The translations under genes were made by a program, and so were the position numbers. The notes beneath the pieces are model-generated. The model had not been told where the DNA came from and searched no databases. It saw only the letters and a list, made by a program, of their open reading frames with translations. 64,000 nt of DNA from Candidatus Omnitrophota bacterium (GTDB lineage Bacteria; Omnitrophota; Omnitrophia; Omnitrophales; Aquincolibacteriaceae): the NCBI GenBank assembly GCA_030698625.1, contig JAUYMS010000042.1, positions 160,423 to 224,422 on the forward strand, in the 5' to 3' direction. Shown piece after piece: positions 28,428 through 37,359 of the stretch. The number at the start of each line of letters is the position of its first letter. Position 1 is the first letter of the stretch.

Positions 28428-29447
28428 CTAGGTTTTAAGTACGATGCGATAGCGCGCCTTATTCTGAGCAACTTTTTCGAAAGCTTGATTCACATCCTTA
28501 AGGGCCACGACCTCTACTTCCGCCTCTATAGAGTGGCGTGCCGAAAACTCCAGCATCTCACGAATTCTCGTCCTGCTTCCAATCATGCTCCCGCATATTG
28601 TTTTCTGCCCAAGGACAAGCGGCAGCGCGGAAATACTCATTGGCTCCGGCGGAACCCCAACAATACAGAGTGACCCAAGCGGACGTTACGCGACGAGATA
28701 ACTCTGCCAGTCCAAACTGACATTGACCGTAGAAATAATGAAATCCAGTGATCCCTTCGCCGATTCCATCTGTTTCGCATCCCTGCTCAAAATAAATCGA
28801 TGAGCACCTAGCCTCTTCACTTCTGCTTCTTTAGAAGCGGACGAAGAGAAGGCTGTCACTTCACATCCGAAAGCACGCGCGTACTTAACAGCGAGGTGCC
28901 CGAGGCCGCCAATGCCCACAACACCGACCTTCATATTGGATGTTACATGATACTGACGCAGCGGAGAAAAAACCGTGATGCCTCCGCATAATAGCGGCGC
29001 CGCCCCTTCCGAGGACAGATTATCCGGTATTGCAAAGGCAAAACGGCTGTCTAATCGAATTCGATCGGCATACCCCCCGAATCGCCCGACACAGGTCGCC
29101 TGATTCTGTGAGCACAATTGTTCTTCGCCCCGGTCGCAATACTCGCAAGACCAGCAAGATCCGCACTGCCAGCCGACACCAACACGCTGGCCGTCTTCAA
29201 ACTGATTCACTTCCGGCCCCCTCTGGGCGATTGTCCCTACGACTTCATGGCCCGGCACCAAAGGATAGGTGCTGAAACCCCAATCGTTCTTTACCAGGTG
29301 CAAATCGCTATGGCATATGCCGCAATGGGTAATCGCGATTTCAATATCCCATGATCCCAAAACACCCGGTTCATAATCAAATTTACTGAGCGAAGCTCTT
29401 TGTTCTAAGGCAGCATAAGCATGAATCTGTGTCGCAGTCTTTTGCAT
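28428..29447 (-). pseudogene. Zn-dependent alcohol dehydrogenase (YahK / cinnamyl-ADH type) interrupted by an in-frame TAA at 28686..28688
   Basis: Track ORFs 28686..29447 and 28428..28640 are in the same frame. Read across the stop: ...DFIISTVNVSLDWQSYLVA*RPLGSLCIVGVPPEPMSISALPLVLGQKTICGSMIGS.... This is collinear with YahK (GHEVVG, GVVGIGGLGH). The stop sits where homologs have Lys/Leu. Confidence 0.75.
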
Positions 29448-29451
29448 AGGA

Positions 29452-29736
29452 TTACCAGTATCTTCTCAGTTGAGCACTCGTTAGCATGCAGTATAAAAGA
29501 TAGGGAACCGTTCCAACGTCTAAGATGAGCGGTACCCAGAAAAAAGCTAATACCCCTTCTAAAGGGCAAACGAAAAGCGCTACAAGCCCCATAAGTCCGC
29601 CCATCAGCGGTGCAAAGGTCAAGCCGATCCCGCGCTTGAGTGCCACTTCCCTCCAAACAACCCAAGCATTAAAGAGAGAGAAGATCAGAAACGCGGAAGC
29701 CAGCGCCCCACATAAAAGCCAGCGTAGAATAATCAC
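29452..29736 (-). CDS. Small hypothetical membrane protein
   Basis: 94 aa with three hydrophobic segments. Confidence 0.4.
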   Translation of the reverse strand: MIILRWLLCGALASAFLIFSLFNAWVVWREVALKRGIGLTFAPLMGGLMGLVALFVCPLEGVLAFFWVPLILDVGTVPYLLYCMLTSAQLRRYW

Positions 29737-29818
29737 AGTACCACATTCCTTTTCAATACCATGAGCGTCACGTCATCGACAAATACCGCTTCGCAGAGTT
29801 CTCCCCGCATAGAAGTCT

Positions 29819-30169
29819 TCAAGATGAGGATTTTTTCTCCGTGGCACGGTAGAGGATGACGTTTACTTTCTCGAGCGTTACTAAGCCTTCGCGAACCATC
29901 CCATCGAGATGGGGTAAAAAGCGCGTTATCTTTTCTTCGGCATCCACAATTTCAACCACAATAGGTAAATCTTCGGACAGACGCAGGAGCTTTGTCGTAT
30001 GCATGTGGCTCTTGCACCCAAACCCCATAAAGCCCTTGAAAGCGGTAGCTCCTGCCAGGCCTTCCTTGCGTGCCAAGCTCACGAGCGCCTCGTAAAGCGG
30101 CTTGCCTTCCCAACTATCTGATTCACCGATGAAGATTCTTAAAATCTGCTGTTCACCAATTGTCTTCAT
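29819..30169 (-). CDS. DUF190 (PII-like) protein, classic crcB partner
   Basis: Start taken at MKTIGEQQILRIFIGESD. PII-like fold signature. Sits immediately downstream of crcB. Confidence 0.7.
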   Translation of the reverse strand: MKTIGEQQILRIFIGESDSWEGKPLYEALVSLARKEGLAGATAFKGFMGFGCKSHMHTTKLLRLSEDLPIVVEIVDAEEKITRFLPHLDGMVREGLVTLEKVNVILYRATEKKSSS

Positions 30170-30182
30170 ATGATTTTTCTCC

Positions 30183-30554
30183 CTAGAGGGCTTCTCCCGC
30201 GAGAACACCTAAGCGCAGTAAGAGAAAGCCAATGATTACACTTCCCGTCACATTCCAGAAAGCGTGCAAGGTCTCGCCTCCTCGGATAAGATGCGAGGTC
30301 TCAAGGATGAAGGTGGAAAATGTTGTAAAAGCGCCGCAAAATCCTACCATGAGAAAGATCCTAGCATGCGGACCAAGCAAAGCCTTATCCTCAGCGAGAA
30401 CGGCTAAGACTCCGACGATAAAGCATCCTGCCATATTGACGGCTGCCGTCCCATACGGGAAAGACGCGCCAAATATATGCTGGACGGCCCCTGAGAGAAT
30501 ATAACGCGCACCCGTTCCCGCCGCTCCTCCGACGATTAAAATAATCCACTTCAT
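30183..30554 (-). CDS. crcB: Fluoride ion channel CrcB/FluC
   Basis: 123 aa with four TM segments. GFCGAFTTFSTF motif. ATGA overlap with the upstream YceI-like gene. Confidence 0.85.
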   Translation of the reverse strand: MKWIILIVGGAAGTGARYILSGAVQHIFGASFPYGTAAVNMAGCFIVGVLAVLAEDKALLGPHARIFLMVGFCGAFTTFSTFILETSHLIRGGETLHAFWNVTGSVIIGFLLLRLGVLAGEAL

Positions 30555-31183
30555 CCCTGCACCTCAATAACAGGCAAAGCCTGAATGTCAAGTTTCACGA
30601 CAACCTCTTCGCTCAAGAGCCAAGCACCGTTCTTCCAAGCCACATTCCAGTCGATTCCGAAGTCGCTTCGCTTGAGAACTCCCGTAGCCGTAAAACGGGC
30701 GCGATCGTTACCCCAAGGGTCTTGATCGGTTCCCAAATACTTCATGTCGAGTTTTACCGGCTTTTCCACCCCATGCATCGTCAAAAGCCCTTTCAAACGA
30801 TAATTACCCTCACCGGCATCCTCAACGCCCGAACTCTTGAAGGTAATCGCAGGGAATGTCTCTTCATCAAAAAACTCGCCGGACAATAGGTGTTCATCGC
30901 GTGGCGGGTGTTTTGTGTGAATGCTTGCGACCCGAATCGTCGCGTCCACAGCCCATTGCGCAGATTCACCCGGGACATGTTCAATCGTACCTTCAAAGCC
31001 GCGGAACGCGCCCTCCAGCCTGGCAAAAAAATGCCGTATCTCGAACGATACGGTGCTGTGATGGCGGTCAATGGTGTAAGTTTGAGTCCATCCACACGGC
31101 GGTGAGTGCAAAGTAACTGCAACCAAAATCCACCACGCGACGGCCAGCCGCGCACCTGAATTAAAGCGAACTGTGTGTCCCAT
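30551..31183 (-). CDS. YceI-like periplasmic polyisoprenoid-binding protein
   Basis: Start taken at MGHTVRFNSGARLAVAWWILVAV (signal peptide). YTIDRHHSTVSFEIRHF YceI core. The track ORF extends to 31369 through the CDGSH gene. Confidence 0.7.
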   Translation of the reverse strand: MGHTVRFNSGARLAVAWWILVAVTLHSPPCGWTQTYTIDRHHSTVSFEIRHFFARLEGAFRGFEGTIEHVPGESAQWAVDATIRVASIHTKHPPRDEHLLSGEFFDEETFPAITFKSSGVEDAGEGNYRLKGLLTMHGVEKPVKLDMKYLGTDQDPWGNDRARFTATGVLKRSDFGIDWNVAWKNGAWLLSEEVVVKLDIQALPVIEVQG

Positions 31184-31394
31184 CGCAGTACGGAGGGTTT
31201 TTAGTCTGCCGGCAACCACACCAAGCAACTTTTTTCGCCTCTGTGATCTCGACAATAACGGGCGACTTGCCCGTATTCTTCCGCGAGTGACTCCCATCGC
31301 AATAGGGCTGGTTCTCTGACTCACCACACGAGCACCATGCCTTTTTGCCCGGTGTTTCGTCTTTGACATACGGCATATTCTGAATTCCGCTCAT
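31161..31394 (-). CDS. CDGSH-type iron-sulfur domain protein (two CDGSH motifs)
   Basis: CSCGESENQPYCDGSHS and CGCRQTKNPPYCDGTHS. GGGAGG RBS 7 nt upstream of the ATG. Confidence 0.75.
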   Translation of the reverse strand: MSGIQNMPYVKDETPGKKAWCSCGESENQPYCDGSHSRKNTGKSPVIVEITEAKKVAWCGCRQTKNPPYCDGTHSSL

Positions 31395-31454
31395 TCCAAC
31401 CTCCCGTTCAGTTTGATAATCACGTTATATCTAATATCAAGGGTTTATATTATA

Positions 31455-32426
31455 TCAGGGAATAAAGACGGTCGATCCCGTAAGTTTCCTGGCTTCCAGA
31501 TCCTGATGAGCACCCACGGCCTCCTTCAACGGATACCGCTGTCCTATCCTTACCTTAACAATTCCCTTCTGGATGACCCCAAAAAGACGCTTGGCACTGA
31601 GTTCGAGTTCCTCTCTTGTCGCGGTATAGCCGAACAGCATCGGCCGAGTAAGATAGAGACTTTTCGGGGCAAAGACCTGCAGATTTACGTCCGGTATTGC
31701 CCCCGATGCTTGCCCAAAGCTCACAAGAACACCTCGCCGATGCAAACACTCTATGCTCTGCAAGAAGGTATCCTTCCCTACCGAGTCGTACACGATAGGA
31801 ACTCCTTTTCCCTTTGTGATTTCCATAACCCGATCGACAATATTTTCCTCACGGTACAGGATGGTGTGAGCGCAGCCGTGTTGTCTGGCGAGTTCTGCCT
31901 TCTCGGAACTGCCAACCGTACCGATGACCGTACACCCGAGATGTTTTGCCCACTGACAGGCGATCAAGCCGACTCCTCCTGCCGCGGCGTGGAAAAGGAT
32001 GGTCTGCCCCTTCCTGAGCGGATAAGTCCGGCAAAAAAGGTATTCTACCGTCATCCCCTTGAGCATGATGGCCGCAGCCACCTCGTCTGAAATTCCCCTA
32101 CCGATCTTAACCACCTGAGAGGCGGGTATAATACGCGCTTCAGAGTAAGCACCGGCAGGCCCCGTGCCATAGGCCACGCGGTCTCCGACCTTAAAACCAC
32201 CGACACCCGGCCCCATCTCTTCAATCACTCCAGCCGCCTCCAATCCTAGTATCGCCGGCAGGGCTAGGGGGTACAGTCCGCTACGGTGGTAAGTGTCAAT
32301 ATAGTTGAGGCCTACAGCAGTGTGCCGTAACCTGAGCTCCCCTTTGGAAGGTTTACCAACATCTACCTCTTCCCACTTCATGACATCGGGAGCGCCGGGC
32401 TCATAAAGTCTTAATGCATGCGTCAT
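31455..32426 (-). CDS. qor: NADPH:quinone oxidoreductase (zeta-crystallin family)
   Basis: Start at MTHALRLYEPGAPDV with an AAGGAGA RBS. GLNYIDTYHRSGLYP, AAGGVG. Confidence 0.85.
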   Translation of the reverse strand: MTHALRLYEPGAPDVMKWEEVDVGKPSKGELRLRHTAVGLNYIDTYHRSGLYPLALPAILGLEAAGVIEEMGPGVGGFKVGDRVAYGTGPAGAYSEARIIPASQVVKIGRGISDEVAAAIMLKGMTVEYLFCRTYPLRKGQTILFHAAAGGVGLIACQWAKHLGCTVIGTVGSSEKAELARQHGCAHTILYREENIVDRVMEITKGKGVPIVYDSVGKDTFLQSIECLHRRGVLVSFGQASGAIPDVNLQVFAPKSLYLTRPMLFGYTATREELELSAKRLFGVIQKGIVKVRIGQRYPLKEAVGAHQDLEARKLTGSTVFIP

Positions 32427-32439
32427 AATCACTTTCTCC

Positions 32440-32940
32440 TTAAGAGGCTTCGGCCTCAATACCCGGAAGCTCTGAGATCGCCTCATTGAGATCATCAAAA
32501 TTATCTGTTTCCACAACTCGGACCTGCGGCACCACATCTCGATCTGTCGACAACTGCTCGGCATAGATTTGTACCGGCACCTTAAGCTGAGTAGAGATGT
32601 CCTTTTCCTCCAACGGCTCTAAATGAATTACGGATGCCTGTTTCTTATAGAACTTCAGCGCCTTGTTCCCGCCGCTTTTTAGAAAGCCCGTGATCTCTCC
32701 CTGACCTATGGCCGTCTCAACCTGAGCCGTCACAGGCCTATTTTTCGCGTTGCGGGCATGGTAAGAAACATCGAAGATGACCATCTCGTCGGTGACGATC
32801 ACCTGGCGAATCAGTCGGTGGGACAAAACAACGTTATCGGAACGACCGTACCAAACCAGCATACCGCCGGCCATGAAAGGAACCGATAGCAGGAAGGAAA
32901 ACCCGAGCCCCCACAGAATCATGTTCCGTGAAATTATCAT
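32440..32940 (-). CDS. Membrane-anchored hypothetical protein (DUF3592-like architecture)
   Basis: N-terminal TM helix then a soluble domain. ATG chosen at 32940; the track start at 32976 is TTG. Confidence 0.4.
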   Translation of the reverse strand: MIISRNMILWGLGFSFLLSVPFMAGGMLVWYGRSDNVVLSHRLIRQVIVTDEMVIFDVSYHARNAKNRPVTAQVETAIGQGEITGFLKSGGNKALKFYKKQASVIHLEPLEEKDISTQLKVPVQIYAEQLSTDRDVVPQVRVVETDNFDDLNEAISELPGIEAEAS

Positions 32941-33205
32941 GTACAGATCACTGCCTGAGGGGTAAGGGACCGGCAAGTGATGGATTCAAAGGGGGTTTTT
33001 TGCTTTTTCGTCTTCTTCTCGGTCACAGCGCGTGTAGTTTATCACCCCCACGGGCATCCTGCCACTCAGGAATTCGATTACAACAGCACCCGAAAATGCT
33101 GATAATTAAGGAGAAGCGACGGAGGCTACTGTGAAGAAATACCCTATTTGCAAGATCGTGGTGGTACTGGCTGGCGCGGGAGCCGTAAACTGGTTGCGAT
33201 AAGAG

Positions 33206-33778
33206 CTAGCCACCCTCTCGGCTGTCTTGGGAGGCTTTGACGAGGCTGGCAAGCTTCGCAAGCTTTGCCTTTGCCGGTTCATAATCGGGATCTAGCGCCA
33301 AAACTTTTCTATAGAAATTAAAAGCGATCTCGTACTGCTTCGATGCAAGCGCAAAATCGGCCAAATTATAATGTGCCGTGGCATTCTCGGGATCTTTTTG
33401 AATGGCTGTCATCAGGTACTGCAGAGCACGCTCGGGTTCTCCCATTCTCATCGCTAGCGTCGCAAGACTGTTGTAAATCCGCGAGTCATTGGGTTTGAGC
33501 TTGAGGGCCTTACGGTAATTTTTCTCCGCTTTCCCCAACTGATCCTGGGCCGCGTAGATTTCGCCGAGCGCCAGAAATGCTTCGTCATTGTCCGCATCTA
33601 TCTTCAGAGCCTTATTGAGATGTTTTATGGCCTCCCTATCATTACCCTGGCTATAGAACCGGTGGGCTTCATTAACCAGATGGTTTGACTTCACGTTTCC
33701 GCTCTGCGCCTGAGGCAGTGCAAAAGCACCCACAGATATAGACATAAGCAACCCCGCATAAATCCAATAACGCTTCAT
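33206..33778 (-). CDS. Secreted TPR-repeat protein
   Basis: Signal peptide plus about four TPR units (AxxxLxxAxxxDPxNxxA pattern). Confidence 0.7.
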   Translation of the reverse strand: MKRYWIYAGLLMSISVGAFALPQAQSGNVKSNHLVNEAHRFYSQGNDREAIKHLNKALKIDADNDEAFLALGEIYAAQDQLGKAEKNYRKALKLKPNDSRIYNSLATLAMRMGEPERALQYLMTAIQKDPENATAHYNLADFALASKQYEIAFNFYRKVLALDPDYEPAKAKLAKLASLVKASQDSREGG

Positions 33779-33877
33779 GACTGATTTCCTTTCTTCATAT
33801 TGACGGATTTCCTGTATAGTGGCATTTATCGCCTTAAATAAACACTACACGTCAGTTTGCAATCATGCAAATGCAAA

Positions 33878-35728
33878 TTATCGCTGTGCAAGCTGCTTTT
33901 TTAAGCGGTCCAGATCTTCAAGCATCCGGAGCCACCCGGCCTCTTCCTCTTCAATCCAGATTGTCAGCTGCTTTGACCTGTCCCTACGCTTCCGAGAATA
34001 ATGGAAGGGATTGTTCCTCGACTCTTCAAAGAGGGCATCCCGCTCCTTAGTCCAGTGCTCTATTCGGTGTTCTGCCTGGTTAATCTTCCGTTTGAGCTTG
34101 GCGAAGTCAGATTTAGCCTTCTTCCTCCTCGCAATATCCTGCTGCTTCTCGGGATCCGTTTCCTTCTTTCTACTCGCCGTGCCGTTTTCGCTCGTGACTG
34201 ATTCCCTCTTCGAAAGCTCCCCGGGTTCCTCCCCGCGGGCCGCGCACTCAAGGTGATAAACATAATCTTCATAAGTGCCCGGATAGCGCTTAATCTTCCC
34301 ATCCTTGATGTCAATCACAGTGGTTGCGATCAGATTCACGAATGTGCGATCGTGACTGATAAAGAAAATCGTTCCTTCATAGCCGCCGAGCGCCTTCCCA
34401 AGTGCCTCAACGGTTTCAAAGTCCAGGTGGTTGGTGGGCTCATCAAGAAGCAGAACTTGCTTTTCAGACAACAACAGCCCTGCCAAACAAAGCCTTGCCC
34501 GCTCCCCCCCGCTCAGGACAGCGGTCTTCTTTCTCACGTCGTCACCTTGAAACAAAAAAGCAGCGGCCATATCCAGGATATCCTGCCTCTTTACGTCTTC
34601 GGCCGCCTCGCGTTGTAAGTGGCCGTAGACATCATCATCCGGATGTAGCGTAGAGAAAACGTGCTGCGCATAATAACCCACCTCTAGGGCAGTGCCCCAT
34701 TTGTAACTGCCGGTCCGCGCCTTGAGATTGCCCGCGATCGTACGCAGGAAGGTGGTCTTTCCCTGTCCGTTATCACCAAGCACCGCCACGTGCGAACCCC
34801 GATCAATATCGAGATGAATTCCGGATGCCACGCGCTTATCCTCATAACCAATTTCCAGATCGGAACAGGACAGAGCAACACCCCCCTTCTTCTCTACCGG
34901 TGGGATCGTAATGCGTACGGCGGCTGTTGCATGTGCAATCTCAATCGTTTTAAGTTTTGAGAGCTGCTTCATCTTCGATTTGGCCCGCGTAGCCGTTGAC
35001 GCTTTGGCCCGAAAGCGGTCTATAAAATCCTGCAGCTGATCCCTCTTCTTTTCGACGGTCTTGTTATGAGCCAACTTCTGTCGGAGCTGCTCTTCCTTGA
35101 ACTCAAAATACTCCTCGATATTACCCGGATAAAGAAAAACCCCGCCGTGCTCGACCTCAAGCGTATGCTCACAGGTTCTCTTTAAGAATTCGCGATCATG
35201 CGAAACGATGAGGTAGCCGCCGTTGAACTCTTGCAGGAAATTCTCTAAAAGAATAAGGGTGCTGAGATCAAGGTAGTTCGAAGGTTCGTCCAAAATCAGA
35301 AAGTTGGGATCGCGTAAAAGCATCGCCGTAAGCTTGACTCTCGTCTGATACCCCCCGGCCAACTCCCCGATCTTCGCCGCCAGGGACTGGCTCTTAAGCT
35401 GAAAGCGGCCCGCAACTTCACCGCATTCCCACTCTTCCTTACCCGTATAACGCATAAGAAAATCCAACACATTGTCTTGGGGTTTATAGGGATCATGCTG
35501 TTCAAGATAGCTCAAACGCATCGCATTGTTAAAGGTGAGTGTCCCGCCGTCCGGCTCTTCCTGGCCGATAATGATACGGCAAAGGGTGGATTTTCCGGCC
35601 CCATTTCGGCCCACGACGCCGATCTTCTGAAACTCATTGAAGGACGCGGATGCGTCTTCGAGGATAGCTCGTGCGCCGTATTCCTTGCGGATATTATTCA
35701 GTTGTAATAGGACGGCCATGCTCTGCAA
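33878..35728 (-). CDS. ABC-F family ATPase (two NBDs, Uup/EttA-like, no TMD)
   Basis: Two Walker A motifs (GRNGAGKST, GDNGQGKT), two signature motifs (LAGGYQTR, LSGGERAR), a linker, and a C-terminal coiled coil. Confidence 0.85.
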   Translation of the reverse strand: MQSMAVLLQLNNIRKEYGARAILEDASASFNEFQKIGVVGRNGAGKSTLCRIIIGQEEPDGGTLTFNNAMRLSYLEQHDPYKPQDNVLDFLMRYTGKEEWECGEVAGRFQLKSQSLAAKIGELAGGYQTRVKLTAMLLRDPNFLILDEPSNYLDLSTLILLENFLQEFNGGYLIVSHDREFLKRTCEHTLEVEHGGVFLYPGNIEEYFEFKEEQLRQKLAHNKTVEKKRDQLQDFIDRFRAKASTATRAKSKMKQLSKLKTIEIAHATAAVRITIPPVEKKGGVALSCSDLEIGYEDKRVASGIHLDIDRGSHVAVLGDNGQGKTTFLRTIAGNLKARTGSYKWGTALEVGYYAQHVFSTLHPDDDVYGHLQREAAEDVKRQDILDMAAAFLFQGDDVRKKTAVLSGGERARLCLAGLLLSEKQVLLLDEPTNHLDFETVEALGKALGGYEGTIFFISHDRTFVNLIATTVIDIKDGKIKRYPGTYEDYVYHLECAARGEEPGELSKRESVTSENGTASRKKETDPEKQQDIARRKKAKSDFAKLKRKINQAEHRIEHWTKERDALFEESRNNPFHYSRKRRDRSKQLTIWIEEEEAGWLRMLEDLDRLKKQLAQR

Positions 35729-35828
35729 TCAGATATTTTATGGGTTACCAAAAAAAATCGGCGGAACGGACGCCGCCGAAGTGTTGTGTAGTATTATAAC
35801 CGTTGTCTGCCAGAAGTAAAAGGGGTCT

Positions 35829-36146
35829 TCAATCCGTCGACAAGCGCCTAAAACCCGCGGTAATCTGGCTCACTTGTTCTTTGAACATAGCGGGAATGAG
35901 CATAACGAGCTCGCTGTCTTTATTCAAATTATAGAGATTGTCCTTCGTATTAGCGTACATGCGCCCGAGAAAACTTCGCGGTTCTGTCTCGAGGCTCCCA
36001 TAGAAATAAAGACCTTGAGGCGCGGCCATGCCGGAGTTCGGGGACACCGCATAGGAATGGGGCATCAAGACCATTCCGAGGCACGCCGGTCCGAAAATGA
36101 TAGACAGAAAACCCAATAATTTGATGAGCGATTTGATAAACCCCAC
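35829..36146 (-). CDS. Small hypothetical membrane-anchored protein (GTG start)
   Basis: 105 aa with an N-terminal hydrophobic segment. The start codon is GTG on inspection. Confidence 0.35.
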   Translation of the reverse strand: MGFIKSLIKLLGFLSIIFGPACLGMVLMPHSYAVSPNSGMAAPQGLYFYGSLETEPRSFLGRMYANTKDNLYNLNKDSELVMLIPAMFKEQVSQITAGFRRLSTD

Positions 36147-36511
36147 AGATACCTCCCCTCATAGTAAAGTTAGCTGCCCATGGGACTATTCTCGAGGCAA
36201 TTGCATCAAGCGGTCGAAAGACATGGTCATCCGGTAAAATAAACCTCTCCAATGTCCTGTCATATATAGGGTTAGCGACTTGGCAGAAAAAAAGATGAGT
36301 CCCCCCCATTTACGCCGCCTCGCACCTGTGGTATCATTCTGCTTCTGAAGCGAGATAAAAAATGAAAATCCGACTTACGCGACTCTATTTTTTAAAACGT
36401 ACTGCTACGATGGCAGCGCTCTGGATTCATTGTCCAGAGCATGATGTCGTGGGCGTGAGGAGGATTTCGGCCTGAGTTGATCTAGTTTAAGTCTTTATCC
36501 CGAAATAAGTT

Positions 36512-36552
36512 AAGCCCATGACATGAAATTGTTGTCATGGGCTTTTTTTATT
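36512..36552 (+). terminator. Rho-independent terminator-like hairpin on the + strand
   Basis: Perfect 12-bp inverted repeat AAGCCCATGACA / TGTCATGGGCTT with a 9-nt loop, followed by TTTTTTTATTT. No annotated + strand CDS lies upstream within ~370 nt. Confidence 0.5.
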
Positions 36553-36584
36553 TCAGTCAGGAATCACAAAAAAGGAGGTGCTGT

Positions 36585-36801
36585 CATGGCACAAATAGGT
36601 AACGCAATAAAGGTTCGAGGATTCCCAAGGTTTCTCAGAGACCCCGTCAAGTTGACGGCGCTTCTCTACCTCCGGGAAGCCCTATTAAGCGAGAGATATG
36701 AAGATTGCGCCGGCTACATTACCGTCGCGAAGGAGTTCGGGGCACAGGTCTTTGAGATCCGCAATCTGCTCGAAGATGCCAGACGCGTCCCCAGAGGCTA
36801 A
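36585..36801 (+). CDS. Hypothetical small protein (72 aa)
   Basis: ATG at 36585 with a perfect AGGAGG RBS 8 nt upstream. The track ORF starts at 36523 upstream of the RBS. Confidence 0.45.
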
Positions 36802-36834
36802 AACATGAAACCCGCACGCGACCTGTCTATCCAC

Positions 36835-37359
36835 TTACTTCGCCGATTTTACAAACTGAAGCGCAAGCGAATTCATACAATAGCGCTTGCCCGTCGGGTG
36901 GGGTCCGTCTTCAAAAACATGACCCAAATGCGATCCGCATCGGGCGCAATGCACTTCGATGCGCTTCGCAAAAAAACTACGGTCAATCGAAAAACCGATA
37001 TTCTGCTCCGCGATCGGCTCCCAGAAGCTAGGCCATCCTGTATGCGAATCATACTTCACGGCAGAACGAAAGAGCTCTGTGCCGCAAGCAATGCACCGGT
37101 AGATCCCGTTTTCGCCATACTTATTGTACTCACCCGTATAGGCCATCTCCGTTCCGTGCTCGCGCGTTATATGAAAGACCTTGGGGTCAAGAATCTTTCT
37201 CCATTCGTCTTCGCTCTTTTCAATTTTCTCAACTTGCACGAGCTTCTCCTGACTGCTGTCGTAAACGGCTATGGTCTCAGCAGCTCTGACCGAGCCCCGT
37301 CCCAAAAACACTAAAACCAGAACCCCCAAAATAACTTTAAGAATCAAAGTGAATCGCAT
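36835..37359 (-). CDS. msrB: Peptide-methionine (R)-S-oxide reductase MsrB with an N-terminal signal peptide
   Basis: CIACGTELF...HCARCGSHLGHVFEDGP...GKRYCMNS. Hydrophobic N-terminus MRFTLILKVILGVLVLVFLG. Confidence 0.85.
   Translation of the reverse strand: MRFTLILKVILGVLVLVFLGRGSVRAAETIAVYDSSQEKLVQVEKIEKSEDEWRKILDPKVFHITREHGTEMAYTGEYNKYGENGIYRCIACGTELFRSAVKYDSHTGWPSFWEPIAEQNIGFSIDRSFFAKRIEVHCARCGSHLGHVFEDGPHPTGKRYCMNSLALQFVKSAK

Noticed and set aside
31395-31454. Fluoride riboswitch upstream of the crcB operon
   Set aside because: No match by eye to the conserved crcB-motif elements, only an RBS and a weak promoter-like hexamer pair. Left as a check in the findings.
35950-36309. 119-aa minus-strand ORF overlapping 35829..36146 in another frame
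   Set aside because: Arg-rich, non-protein-like composition and no RBS. Most of it lies in the intergenic region. The overlapping 105-aa ORF has a TM-anchor architecture and is preferred, though weakly.
36147-36520. tmRNA, RNase P, SRP or 6S RNA
   Set aside because: None of the signature sequences are present: 5' GGGG...CCA ends and tag ORF, GGAAAGUCCGG, or the SRP domain IV motif.
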